Positions 10,053 to 20,072 of a DNA stretch of 63,518 bases are shown piece after piece. Below the pieces are notes generated by a model. The model did not search any database. It saw only the letters and a list, made by a program, of their open reading frames with translations, and was not told the origin of the DNA. The stretch's first letter is position 1, and each line of letters opens with the position of its first letter. A program made the position numbers and the translations under genes. The stretch is from Microcystaceae cyanobacterium (GTDB lineage Bacteria; Cyanobacteriota; Cyanobacteriia; Cyanobacteriales; Microcystaceae): positions 1 through 63,518 of the forward strand of contig JBBAUO010000021.1 in the NCBI GenBank assembly GCA_040398185.1. The letters are read 5' to 3'.

Positions 10053-10895
10053 TCAGTAATTTACCTGAGAGCCATTCGGCCCAATGATAATTGAACTCGG
10101 TACTTTTTGCTGTTGCTCTTGCTGCATTTCTTGGATTAGAGGGGTAGGATCTTGGGCGTGGGTAGCAGCTCGCAGTCTGGCGCGAGTTTTATGATTAAAT
10201 CCCAAGGGTACTGGTTGTACTTCCCTGAGTCGGATTTCTTCTTGTAAACGTTCTTGCATTAGGTTAGGGGAAATAGTTGGTTGGGGTACTGTAGCTGGTA
10301 CTGCAGTATTAGTTCTAGGTTGGGATCTAGAACTTGGCACTGGTACTGCAGTATTGGCTCTAGATTGAGCAATCGTTGGAGACACTATAACTGGTACTGC
10401 AGTATTGGTCTGGGGTTTAAATATGGGTTGGGGTAGCGGTGCTAGTACTGCAGTATTGACCGTGGGTTGGAGTGGAGGAGTCCCTGGTATCCCTTGAACT
10501 TGCTTGGGTAACAGTGCTTGGGTGAGGGTTCTTGTTGGGGTAGGTGGTACTACTGGCTTGGCGATGCTCAGGGTAATCTGGCTTAAATTATCCATGGATA
10601 GATTATTAGTAGGTTGCATGGCTTGGTCCGGCTCAACCTTTGTCACCTTTTGCGGAGGCTCTGCTCTTTGTGCTTTTAACCCCTGGGCCAGACTCAGGAG
10701 GCCATTAGCACCTAGAAGTAAAAACAAAGCTACCATAGTCCAAGGGGTAAATAATTCTTCCTGCCACCAAGTCACTGCATTTTGATCCTCGGGGACAGTC
10801 TCTGCTACTATTTCCCCATTGAGATGGGATTGATAGACAATGCTCAAAGTTTCTTCTGAGGTATCGATCGGGTTTTTTGCTTCGGGGTAATTCAT
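10053..10895 (-). CDS. membrane-anchored Pro/Thr-rich repeat protein
   Basis: One TM near the N-terminus, then P/T/Q-rich low-complexity region with reiterated 'TNTAVP' units. Immediately upstream of pspA on the same strand. Confidence 0.5.
   Translation of the reverse strand: MNYPEAKNPIDTSEETLSIVYQSHLNGEIVAETVPEDQNAVTWWQEELFTPWTMVALFLLLGANGLLSLAQGLKAQRAEPPQKVTKVEPDQAMQPTNNLSMDNLSQITLSIAKPVVPPTPTRTLTQALLPKQVQGIPGTPPLQPTVNTAVLAPLPQPIFKPQTNTAVPVIVSPTIAQSRANTAVPVPSSRSQPRTNTAVPATVPQPTISPNLMQERLQEEIRLREVQPVPLGFNHKTRARLRAATHAQDPTPLIQEMQQEQQQKVPSSIIIGPNGSQVNY
10286..10470. repeat. intragenic imperfect tandem repeat (~45-50 bp period, core GGTACTGCAGTATTG x4-5)
   Basis: The core 'ggtactgcagtatt' recurs at ~10300, 10345, 10394 and 10446. 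It encodes the TNTAVP repeats on the minus strand. Confidence 0.6.
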
Positions 10896-10928
10896 AGGAA
10901 CATAAGGGCAAGCGGCATAGAATCTTCG

Positions 10929-11495
10929 GTGTTTTTGTTCAAGTCTACCTTAAGTTGTATGTCTTTTCAGAGTTTAGATGATATTTTCAGGGTTATTACG
11001 GAAAAACCTGAGTGGGAACTTTACCGCCAGCATTGTCACTTAGTTAATATTTGGCATCAGGTAGTTGCCGATAATGTTTCTCGTCAGACTAGGGTTTTAT
11101 ATATTTCTCGAAAGGTTTTGTGGGTGGCAACTTCTAGCGCTGTCTGGGCACAAAATTTGATGATGCAGCGTTATGAGTTGCTGAAAAAATTAAATCCCTT
11201 ACTTCCTGAGCCTTTGCTAGATATCCGCTTCTCCTCGGCCCATTGGCACAATTTAATGGAGTTACCAACTACCGAAACTGTCTCAGGACAAAATTTTACT
11301 GGTCATCCTAGTGATATTAGTGATCTTACCTACCAGGCAGTAGATGCTCCGTCCGAGGATGCTTTTAGGGCTTGGATTGCCCAAAGACGTTGGTATTTAG
11401 AGAATTTGCCTATCTGTCCCCAATGTTTAGCCCCTACTCCCAAGGGAGAATTAGCCCGTTGGTCCGTTTGTGTGATTTGTACTCAAAATTTCTAG
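10929..11495 (+). CDS. DUF721/DciA-like protein with C-terminal Cys cluster
   Basis: 188 aa. N-terminal region resembles DUF721. C-terminal 'CPQC...CVIC' zinc-ribbon-like motif. Confidence 0.45.
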   Translation: MFLFKSTLSCMSFQSLDDIFRVITEKPEWELYRQHCHLVNIWHQVVADNVSRQTRVLYISRKVLWVATSSAVWAQNLMMQRYELLKKLNPLLPEPLLDIRFSSAHWHNLMELPTTETVSGQNFTGHPSDISDLTYQAVDAPSEDAFRAWIAQRRWYLENLPICPQCLAPTPKGELARWSVCVICTQNF

Positions 11496-11557
11496 TTCAC
11501 CCTTGACAACCAAGTTCTTACTGGGTATATTTGTATTCAATTTAGTCATTATAATGG

Positions 11558-12106
11558 GTGATGGCGAGACTTTTAACAACACCGGAAAAGGGATTAACTT
11601 TACTCGAAACCCTGATCACTGTAGTCTTAATCGGTATTTTAGTGGCGATCGCCCTCGGTTTTTTTGCTCGTCTCCTGGCTTGGTTGCGCTTAAATATTGC
11701 TACAGCAGAACTTGCCCATCACTGGAAATACACGCGGCTAGATGCCACGGGAAGCGGTAGTAATGCCATCTCCTTATGTATGATTGAAATCAATGCCGAA
11801 CAGATTCAATACGCCCAAATTCGAGGCGATGATTGTATTACTGCTTCTAACTGGAGGTTCTTGACTAAGGGCGTGAAAATTGACACTAACAATTCTACCC
11901 TGCGAACAGTTCCAGGTCCCGCGGGTAATGGCGGCATGATTTATCGCGTTAGTTGGGCAGATACCCAAGGAGGCCAAGGTGGCTCCTGGGGACAGTTAGG
12001 ACGCTTGGTATTGACAGCCCCGGGCACTAGATCCACCAAATGCCTATTTTTATTTAATGTCGATGGCAGTTGGAATATTAGGGAAGATCGACGCTGCGAT
12101 CGCTAG
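11558..12106 (+). CDS. prepilin-type N-terminal cleavage/methylation domain protein (type IV pilin-like)
   Basis: 'KG|LTLLETLITVVLIGILVAI' matches the G-F/L-T-L-I/L-E prepilin peptidase site plus hydrophobic helix. Confidence 0.6.
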   Translation: MMARLLTTPEKGLTLLETLITVVLIGILVAIALGFFARLLAWLRLNIATAELAHHWKYTRLDATGSGSNAISLCMIEINAEQIQYAQIRGDDCITASNWRFLTKGVKIDTNNSTLRTVPGPAGNGGMIYRVSWADTQGGQGGSWGQLGRLVLTAPGTRSTKCLFLFNVDGSWNIREDRRCDR

Positions 12107-12512
12107 GACAATTATAAGTTTCCAAGCAACTCTTGAGGCTATTGGCATCAAAAATAATCGGTAAAAAATGAATGCTTTTTACTTCTTTAAAATAAAATAA
12201 AATCGGTATAGGATTCCAAAAAATCCGCCAATTTTCCCATTCTTCATAGGGAAAACTTCTGATCAAATTACCAGAACGATAGACTTCTAAATCCTTTGGG
12301 GTAAAGCGCAGACGAATAGTTACTGTTTGTAGTAGTAAAAAAAGTCCAAACACCGATAGAACCAATCCTAGGATCGGTTGCAACCACAAAAGGGGCAGGG
12401 AAATACCTACTAAAATTAAAGGTATCTTGTAACTAGGGGCGAGTTCAATAGTCGGTGAATTAGTCAGAGGTTGTAGAGAGGTCATGGATTTAGAGGATGA
12501 TATGGCGCTCAT
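12078..12512 (-). CDS. small membrane protein (DUF3119-like), co-oriented with the Crp-family gene
   Basis: 144 aa, two TM helices. Its start overlaps the stop of the upstream Crp gene by ~20 bp. Confidence 0.45.
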   Translation of the reverse strand: MSAISSSKSMTSLQPLTNSPTIELAPSYKIPLILVGISLPLLWLQPILGLVLSVFGLFLLLQTVTIRLRFTPKDLEVYRSGNLIRSFPYEEWENWRIFWNPIPILFYFKEVKSIHFLPIIFDANSLKSCLETYNCPSDRSVDLP

Positions 12513-13086
12513 TATCTATGGTAATTATATCCTGACGTTGGAACTCACCGAGTAAACGAGTCACAGTAACGCGGGTAGTACCGATCGCATTGGCAATATT
12601 TTGGTGGGTAAGACGAATGGAAATACGGGACCGCTCATCGGCGAAACTTTCTCCCATTTCTTGTTTGAGGAGCTTAAGGAGTTGTAGGAGACGATCTTCT
12701 ACCCGTCTTAAGCCAGCGATCGCCAGTATTGCCTCGGTTTGACGTATTCTTCTGGTAACTTGATTGAGCATTGTCTGAGTCAGTTGAGGAGAAGACTCAA
12801 TTTCAGTGAGATTATACCAACGTAAATAAATTTCCGATAGGGCCTTGGCTTGGTAGCCTTCCATGTAGGTTAACCATAAACCAAACACATAGCCCGGCTG
12901 CGCCCACCCCAAAAGAATCTCCTCCCCTGTACCCGAGACTTGGCTCAGTTGTGCAACACCTCGATAAACTTGCCAAACACCCCCCGCGACGAGGGGAATG
13001 GTTTCTCCTTTATCATAGTAATGGAGGCGACGACCTTCGATAACATCGTCTTTAAATAGGGGTTTAGCTTTTTCAGTTACCAGCAT
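12490..13086 (-). CDS. Crp/Fnr family transcriptional regulator
   Basis: cNMP-binding beta-roll followed by C-terminal HTH 'IANAIGTTRVTVTRLLGEF' (NtcA-like recognition helix, but not NtcA by length/N-terminus). Confidence 0.85.
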   Translation of the reverse strand: MLVTEKAKPLFKDDVIEGRRLHYYDKGETIPLVAGGVWQVYRGVAQLSQVSGTGEEILLGWAQPGYVFGLWLTYMEGYQAKALSEIYLRWYNLTEIESSPQLTQTMLNQVTRRIRQTEAILAIAGLRRVEDRLLQLLKLLKQEMGESFADERSRISIRLTHQNIANAIGTTRVTVTRLLGEFQRQDIITIDNERHIIL

Positions 13087-13237
13087 TGTCGGCGTGTTTT
13101 TTCCTGATTACGGATCTGATGGCCATCCTACACCCCGGAGGTAAAAATCAGGTAATGAAAAGATTAAGAGCAAAATTGCTAGATTTAATAGTGTTAATCG
13201 GGTAAAATTATCTGAATTATTTTGGCGACAAGAAAAG

Positions 13238-14296
13238 ATGCTGGATGCTTTGTCTCATCTCCCCCGTTGGTTAAAGGTAGCTCTGGTTTTCCCCCTAATT
13301 TTTCTCAACGCTTGGATACTATACCTTTTGGGTAGCTATTTTGAACCCCTAGTTAGTATTGTGGTAACAGCAAGTCTGCTGGCATTTTTGCTCGATTTTC
13401 CCATCAGGGGCTTACAAGACCGAAAAATTCCCCGTGTTTTAGCGATTACCTTAGTGCTAGGCAGTGCTTTACTGATTTTTGGTTTGTTAGTTTTTATTTT
13501 AGTACCCTTAATAGTGGAACAGTTAGGGGAATTAGTCAATAGTTTACCAAAATGGCTAGAGTCCGGAACTCAACAACTACAAAATTTAGAAAAATGGGCG
13601 ATCGCCCAGCAACTCCCCTTTGATATAAAAGATTCCCTAGCCGAAGTAACCACCAAGTTAACTAACCTCATCCAATCCCTTAGCAGTCGTCTATTGAACT
13701 TTATCCTAGGTACAATTGGTAGTTTAGCCAATGTGTTATTTGTTTTAGTTCTAACGGTTTTTTTGGTACTCTCAGGAGAGGAAGTCTGGGACGGAATTTT
13801 TAGCTGGCTTCCGGCTCCTTGGGACAATTATTTTCGGGATTCCATTCAAAATACCTTTGAAAACTACTTTGCCAGCCAAGCCATTTTAGCGGGAATTTTA
13901 AGCCTAGCCCAAACCTTTGTTTTCGGCATTCTCAATGTTCCCTACGCGGTTCTATTTGGTGTCACCATTGGCTTAACCACCCTAATACCCTACGCCAGTG
14001 CCTTAACGATTACCATCATTAGTGCTTTATTAATGCTGAAGGATTTTTGGCTCGGCTTAAAGGTATTGATAGCGGCGATTATTGTCGGACAAATTAATGA
14101 TAATGTGATTGCCCCTCGTTTAGTCGGCGGGATGATTGGACTTAACCCAGTTTGGATCATTCTCTCACTGCTAGTTGGCGGCAAACTCGCGGGGGTTTTA
14201 GGTTTATTAATTGCGATTCCCCTCGCAAGTGTCATCAAAAATGCTGCGGATACGTTGAGAACAAAATATACAACTAAGGTAGAGGAAGTAGCGTAA
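13238..14296 (+). CDS. AI-2E family transporter (PerM-like)
   Basis: 352 aa, 7-8 TM helices, conserved C-terminal 'GLLIAIPLASVIK' of the AI-2E/PerM family. Confidence 0.85.
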   Translation: MLDALSHLPRWLKVALVFPLIFLNAWILYLLGSYFEPLVSIVVTASLLAFLLDFPIRGLQDRKIPRVLAITLVLGSALLIFGLLVFILVPLIVEQLGELVNSLPKWLESGTQQLQNLEKWAIAQQLPFDIKDSLAEVTTKLTNLIQSLSSRLLNFILGTIGSLANVLFVLVLTVFLVLSGEEVWDGIFSWLPAPWDNYFRDSIQNTFENYFASQAILAGILSLAQTFVFGILNVPYAVLFGVTIGLTTLIPYASALTITIISALLMLKDFWLGLKVLIAAIIVGQINDNVIAPRLVGGMIGLNPVWIILSLLVGGKLAGVLGLLIAIPLASVIKNAADTLRTKYTTKVEEVA

Positions 14297-14297
14297 A

Positions 14298-16253
14298 CTA
14301 AGCCTTATCTGTCGTTGATTGTCCCTTTGTCACAGTTACTTCATTTTTACCATTGGATTTGGGTTCATTAGATTGATTGAGTAACATCATCCCCAGTAAA
14401 CCATCTACTAATCCTCCCCCCTGGGTATTGCCCGTGACAGCAACATCGGGAACAACTCGTACATTGCGATCGCCGATAACTTGCATCAATTGAATGGCTG
14501 TATAGGCTTGGGAGCCCAGGGCATTTACCCCGGCCCGATAGGCATCGGCTTTAGCTTCTCCCGTAATACGGATAGATTCTGCTTCCCCAGAGGCTTGTTT
14601 AACGCGAGCGTTGGCATTGAGTTGGGCAATATTCACCCCTTGATCCGCCTTAACGACCTCCTGCTGTATATCAGCTATAGCTCGTTCACGGAGTAATTCT
14701 TGGCGTTGGGTTTCTGCCATTTGTTGCACTTCGTAGGTTTTTTTCTGTTCTTCGGCAATTTTACGCTGGGTTAAAGGCTCCATCAACTCAGGGGGAGGCT
14801 TAATCAAACCAATCAAGGTATCCACTGCTTGTACATCGTAGGATCTTAAAGCTAAACGCACATACTCGGCGGCTTGGGCTTGGCGTTCGCTGCGATCGTT
14901 AATAAAGTCCAAAATAGTCGATTCCTGGGCAGAGTTGCGGAAATAGTTACCGACAATGGGGCGCAATACCTGATCGACTAAATTCTGCATAGAACCCAAG
15001 CGAGAAATCACCTTAGGTGCGTCTAGGGCGCCAATATGGATGATTTGGAAGATTTCCATATCAAAGGTAAAGCCATCAACGGAGAGTAATTTTAGGGCTA
15101 CTAACTTAGAATCATAACCATGTTCCCCGACAATACGTTCTGAGAAACTCAAGACTATATTAGTTGTCGGTACCAGCTCCATTTTCATAATGCGGGTATT
15201 AATGGGATGTTGCCCAGGATAGAGAGGAGTCACCCAAACCCCTTTATCACCCATTTTGACTAAATTCCCGTGGGTAAAGCCTTCTCCCGTTACATCTTTA
15301 TCCGATGTACCCACATAGGAAATAACAATTCCCACATACCCGATGGGAATCTCCGTCATCGGCACCTGTTCCACTTGTACAAACCAGGGGTTAAGATTCC
15401 AAGAACCCGAGAGAATTACCTGTTCCTGTAGTCCCCGTCTTCCTCCTTGGTTAATAAAGATTTGGGCATTTTGGAAATCATCATGGCCCGCAATCACAGG
15501 ACCTGCTATTTCTCCCCCCTCAATGGGAATACCATCTAAGGCGGTCACTATTCCCACCTGATTGGGTTCAACGGTGGCTAGTCTCAACTGATGGGGACTC
15601 ATACCATTTTTAACAGCATTGAGGGAAGTAATAACTGTAAACACCCCCGTATTAATACGGTAGTTCCCTGAGGTTAAAATCCCCAATTGTCGACCTTTTT
15701 CCCCACCCTTGGTCAGAAATTTACGGGCATCTTGATAGTCACTACAATCTACTACTTTGCCTAAAATCCTTTCGGAGGGAATGGTTTGTCCGTCATTAGC
15801 TACGATTAGACCAATTTCACCCTGGGGAACCGTCACAAGGGGTTCTTTTTTTATATGAAATTGCCAAGGCCAATAACCCCAATGCCATCCTGGGGGGAGG
15901 GTATCTGCCTGTAATCCTGCTTCTTGATTAAGGGCGACAAGTTTACCCGCAGCTAAACTTTTGGCGGCAAATTTTTTAATAATTAAACCGACTTCCTTGT
16001 CCCCAATTACGACTAACCCGAATAAAAATCCAAAATGGGGAATTAAGAAAATACTTCCCCCGAGCAATACAAAGGGCCATAACCAGTTGGGTAATCCGAA
16101 AAGATCGGCTTTTTGTAAGGTAGGTGATGCAGTCTGGTTTTGTACTATAATTGGCTCGGTTTTTCCTAGGGCCATTGTTGGCAAAACCGTACCAATAGTG
16201 TTAACACCTAGAATAGATGCTGCGATTAAGGCTGTTTTTTTGTTAAGTTGCAT
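14298..16253 (-). CDS. flotillin/SPFH-domain protein (YqiK-like)
   Basis: 651 aa. N-terminal TM, SPFH/band-7 region, then long Ala/Glu/Gln-rich flotillin coiled-coil ('AEEQKKTYEVQQMAETQRQELLRERA...'). Confidence 0.8.
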   Translation of the reverse strand: MQLNKKTALIAASILGVNTIGTVLPTMALGKTEPIIVQNQTASPTLQKADLFGLPNWLWPFVLLGGSIFLIPHFGFLFGLVVIGDKEVGLIIKKFAAKSLAAGKLVALNQEAGLQADTLPPGWHWGYWPWQFHIKKEPLVTVPQGEIGLIVANDGQTIPSERILGKVVDCSDYQDARKFLTKGGEKGRQLGILTSGNYRINTGVFTVITSLNAVKNGMSPHQLRLATVEPNQVGIVTALDGIPIEGGEIAGPVIAGHDDFQNAQIFINQGGRRGLQEQVILSGSWNLNPWFVQVEQVPMTEIPIGYVGIVISYVGTSDKDVTGEGFTHGNLVKMGDKGVWVTPLYPGQHPINTRIMKMELVPTTNIVLSFSERIVGEHGYDSKLVALKLLSVDGFTFDMEIFQIIHIGALDAPKVISRLGSMQNLVDQVLRPIVGNYFRNSAQESTILDFINDRSERQAQAAEYVRLALRSYDVQAVDTLIGLIKPPPELMEPLTQRKIAEEQKKTYEVQQMAETQRQELLRERAIADIQQEVVKADQGVNIAQLNANARVKQASGEAESIRITGEAKADAYRAGVNALGSQAYTAIQLMQVIGDRNVRVVPDVAVTGNTQGGGLVDGLLGMMLLNQSNEPKSNGKNEVTVTKGQSTTDKA

Positions 16254-16522
16254 ATAAAGAGAAAATGGTCAATAGGTTTTAATTACTGATCACTATAACA
16301 ATTTGTTTTAGAACTGGGGGGAACTTTATAAAGTATTAATTTTTGGGCAAGAAGAAAGGATATTAAGATGGATTTAGTGGGGTAACAAGATTTCTGATGA
16401 CTACTACTAACACCACTTTATAACCATATAGTTGAAGTCTCTTGTTTTCCTAGAGTCATCCCGTCACCTCGGGGGATAGGCAAAAGGTAAGATATTAATC
16501 ACAAATTATTGAGGATGGTTAC

Positions 16523-17011
16523 ATGGACAAAAATATTACCGTTGGACAAAAGGCTCCAGACTTTTTACTTAAGGATCAGACGGGGAAAGACATTAGTTTA
16601 AAGGATTTTTTAGGACAATGGTTAATCATTTATTTTTACCCTAAGGACAATACCCCTGGTTGTACCACAGAAGCCCTAGATTTCAGCCAATATCGGCAGA
16701 AATTTGCAGAATCAGGAGCAGCGATCCTCGGAGTTAGTCCCGACTCACAAAAGTCCCATTGTAAATTTATTGAAAAACACGATCTGTCAATTCAACTTCT
16801 GAGCGACCCTGAACATATTATGGCAGAAAGTTACGGTATCTGGGGACTTAAGAAATTTATGGGCAAGGAATATATGGGGATTATTCGCTCAACTTTTTTA
16901 CTTGATCCTAGGGGGATAATTGCCTATATTTGGCAAAATGTAAAAGTTAAAGGCCATGGTGAAAATGTTTGGAAAACCTTTATTGATTCCAAGAATCAGG
17001 CATCGAGTTAA
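16523..17011 (+). CDS. bcp: thioredoxin-dependent peroxiredoxin Bcp/PrxQ
   Basis: 'YFYPKDNTPGCTTEA' peroxidatic Cys motif. 162 aa. Confidence 0.9.
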   Translation: MDKNITVGQKAPDFLLKDQTGKDISLKDFLGQWLIIYFYPKDNTPGCTTEALDFSQYRQKFAESGAAILGVSPDSQKSHCKFIEKHDLSIQLLSDPEHIMAESYGIWGLKKFMGKEYMGIIRSTFLLDPRGIIAYIWQNVKVKGHGENVWKTFIDSKNQASS

Positions 17012-17277
17012 TATCCCAATCTGGAACGAATTCAACTATTTCTTCTAGTTCGGAAATCATTATATCCTGGGTAGCAGCAAATTCTTTTTTTAAGGGGAGA
17101 AACCACCGCAACTGGAATTTGAGATAAATTAGCTGGTAAGTAATCCGGTAAGATTCTCTCAACTTCCTCCCCTAAGAGTTCCCACAATTGCCGAGAAAGT
17201 TAACATGAGCTCACATACCAAAAAAAGGAGGCCTTTGATCGGCCCCCTCCAGACTAATTTTTCCGAAAAAACTTACC

Positions 17278-18294
17278 TCAAGCTTTCCATTTACGGGCGA
17301 CCAATTCCGCTAGGTCAACAACCCGTTGAGAATAACCCCATTCGTTGTCATACCAGGCAATCACCTTAACCATATCACCGCCCATGACCATAGTTAAACT
17401 GGCATCTACGATCGAAGAAGCGTCAGTCCCGCGATAGTCAGAGGAAACTAAGGGCAGGTCGTTGTATTCGAGAATACCCCGCAGCGAATTTTCGGCGGCA
17501 TCTTTGAGGACATCATTTAGTTGTTCGGCAATGGTACTATTTTCCACTTGGGCAACTAGGTCGACCACGGAAACATTAGGAGTCGGGACTCGCATGGCAA
17601 TACCATTAAGCTTTCCCTGCATGGCAGGAATGACTAGAGCCACCGCCTTGGCTGCTCCTGTCGAAGTTGGGACAATATTAACCCCCGCAGCGCGGGCACG
17701 ACGTAAATCCCGATGGCTAGAATCGAGAATCCGTTGATCTCCCGTATAGCTGTGAATAGTCGTCATTGTGCCTTTGATAATGCCAAAGTTTTCATGAATT
17801 ACCTTGACAATGGGAGCTAGACAGTTAGTTGTACAACTGGCATTGCTGAGAATATTGTACTGATCGTGGGTGTACTCACTATCATTTACCCCCATGACAA
17901 AAGTTCCTACTGCTGGCCCCTTTCCTGGCGCTGTAATGAGAACTTTCTTCGCCCCAGCAGCGATATGTTTGCCCGCTCCTTCCCCGTCGATGAATACCCC
18001 AGTTGCTTCAATCACTAGGTCAACTCCCCAGGCATTCCAAGGTAAATTCAGGGGATTGCGGTCGGAATAGCACTTGATGGTTTTGCCGTTAACGATAATG
18101 GAATTGTCGTCGGAGTCGATGTCTGCTGACAATTTTCCCAACATGGAATCGTACTTAAGTAGGTGAGCGTTGGTTTTCGGGTCAGATGTATCATTAATAC
18201 CCACAACCTCTAACTGGCTATTTTCTCTTCCTAGCCAGCATCTTAAAAAGTTACGTCCAATTCGCCCAAACCCGTTAATCGCTACTCTAATCAC
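17278..18294 (-). CDS. gap: glyceraldehyde-3-phosphate dehydrogenase (type I)
   Basis: 'INGFGRIGR', '[10 protein letters not shown]' catalytic Cys motif. 338 aa. Confidence 0.95.
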   Translation of the reverse strand: MIRVAINGFGRIGRNFLRCWLGRENSQLEVVGINDTSDPKTNAHLLKYDSMLGKLSADIDSDDNSIIVNGKTIKCYSDRNPLNLPWNAWGVDLVIEATGVFIDGEGAGKHIAAGAKKVLITAPGKGPAVGTFVMGVNDSEYTHDQYNILSNASCTTNCLAPIVKVIHENFGIIKGTMTTIHSYTGDQRILDSSHRDLRRARAAGVNIVPTSTGAAKAVALVIPAMQGKLNGIAMRVPTPNVSVVDLVAQVENSTIAEQLNDVLKDAAENSLRGILEYNDLPLVSSDYRGTDASSIVDASLTMVMGGDMVKVIAWYDNEWGYSQRVVDLAELVARKWKA

Positions 18295-18536
18295 TGCTTC
18301 TTGCCCTCTATAGCTTCACTAGAATCAATTTAAAAATTATTAATGACCCCAATCATACCCCAAAGGGGTGTCACTTTTGATCTTTGTCAATTAAAAATTC
18401 TCAGAAAGTCCCTAGCTTTGGTACAAGAGTCCTAGAAAGCAATTGACAATTACGGAACTAAGTAGGAAAATTTGGTTTCTGATATGATAACTCGTATTAT
18501 TTGTTCTCTAAGCCAGTTTATTATTTATGTTGTGGT

Positions 18537-19967
18537 GTGTATGGAGAAGAACCAGTGAAAACGGTAGATTTTAGCGGGGAAAAACCCTTTCATTTTATTG
18601 GAATTGGCGGTATCGGTATGTCCGCTTTGGCCTATATTTTAGCTCAACGGAATTTTGCTGTTTCAGGCTCGGATCTCAAAAGCAGTGATATTACCCAACG
18701 CCTTAGCCAAGCAGGGGCGCAGATATTTCAAGGGCAATTGCCTGAGAATTTAGAAATTTTTCACAACCAGGAACAGCCACCGCAAATTATTTACTCTACA
18801 GCCATAGCCCAGACTAATTTGGAATACAAGGCGGCTCAGGAGTTGAATTATCCGACTTTTCACCGCTCGGAGGTTCTAGCGGGGTTGATTGCCCATTCCT
18901 GGAGCATAGCCGTAGCCGGTACCCATGGGAAAACTACCACTAGCAGTCTGATTGGTTATGTTCTTTGTCAGGCTGGTTTAGATCCAACTATCATCGTTGG
19001 GGGTGAGGTGGAGGCTTGGTCTGGCAATGCTCGTCTAGGCGCGAGTGAGTTTTTGGTAGCCGAAGCCGATGAATCCGATGGCTCTTTGATTCAACATCAC
19101 CCGAAAATAGGCGTAATTACGAATATTGAACTAGATCACCCTGACCATTACCAAACCCTGGCGGAAGTAGTTACCATTTTTAAGACCTTTGCCCAACAAT
19201 GCGGGCTAGTGGTGGCCTGTCTTGACTGTCAGACAACAGCCCAAAATATCGCCGCCGATTTGACCTATAGCCTTAATCCCCATAGCTCGGCTGATTATAC
19301 GGTTCAAGCCATAACCTACCATGCCCAGGGCAGCACGGCTCAGGTCTGGGAAAAAGGTGTCTATTTGGGCACTATGGATCTAAAAATCCCTGGGGAACAT
19401 AATATTAGTAATGCTCTAGCAGCCGTGGCTGTGGCTCGTTTCCTCGGAGTTGAGTTTGCGGTTATTGCCCAAGCGATCGCCAATTTTAGAGGGGCTAAAC
19501 GCCGTTTTGAGTACTACGGCGAAGCTAAGGGGATTACTTTTATTGATGACTATGCCCATCATCCTAGTGAACTAGAAGTTACCCTCAAGGCTGCCCGTCT
19601 TACCCTACAACACAATCAATACCAGAGGGTGGTGGCGATTTTCCAGCCCCATCGCTATAGTCGCACCAGCACTTTTTTAGAGGAGTTTGGGCGAGCTTTT
19701 GCCGATGCGGATCTAGTGGTTTTAACGGATATCTACAGCGCGGGGGAAACTAATACCCATAATATTACGGGGGCATGCTTGGCCGCTATTGTTGGACAAA
19801 ACCACCCCCAGGTCTTTTATCATCCGGATCTGCAAACTTTAAACCATTTCCTTGAGGAATTGCTCCAACCAGGGGATCTAGCTCTTTTTCTCGGAGCCGG
19901 CAATCTTAATCAAAAAATTCCCGAAGTTATGACCTTATTAATGACCCCAGTTAGTAAGATTGCTTAA
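18537..19967 (+). CDS. murC: UDP-N-acetylmuramate--L-alanine ligase MurC
   Basis: 'HFIGIGGIGMSALA' and 'GTHGKTTTS' Mur ligase motifs. The ORF-track start (18501) is a TTG. A GTG at 18537 or 18555 is more plausible from MurC N-terminus alignment, so the start is uncertain. Confidence 0.88.
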   Translation: MYGEEPVKTVDFSGEKPFHFIGIGGIGMSALAYILAQRNFAVSGSDLKSSDITQRLSQAGAQIFQGQLPENLEIFHNQEQPPQIIYSTAIAQTNLEYKAAQELNYPTFHRSEVLAGLIAHSWSIAVAGTHGKTTTSSLIGYVLCQAGLDPTIIVGGEVEAWSGNARLGASEFLVAEADESDGSLIQHHPKIGVITNIELDHPDHYQTLAEVVTIFKTFAQQCGLVVACLDCQTTAQNIAADLTYSLNPHSSADYTVQAITYHAQGSTAQVWEKGVYLGTMDLKIPGEHNISNALAAVAVARFLGVEFAVIAQAIANFRGAKRRFEYYGEAKGITFIDDYAHHPSELEVTLKAARLTLQHNQYQRVVAIFQPHRYSRTSTFLEEFGRAFADADLVVLTDIYSAGETNTHNITGACLAAIVGQNHPQVFYHPDLQTLNHFLEELLQPGDLALFLGAGNLNQKIPEVMTLLMTPVSKIA

Positions 19968-20072
19968 GAAATTTACTTTTTTGGTACAAACTCGACTACC
20001 TTAGAAACAAAGCCCAGGTAATTGTAGTCCTTCAATCAATCTTTCGCTTACACCCCCATACCCGTCTCTCCC

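Noticed and set aside
11503-11760. Alternative 85-aa ORF at the pilin-like locus
   Set aside because: Different frame from the ORF that carries the prepilin cleavage motif and hydrophobic helix. The 11558 frame is the coherent one.
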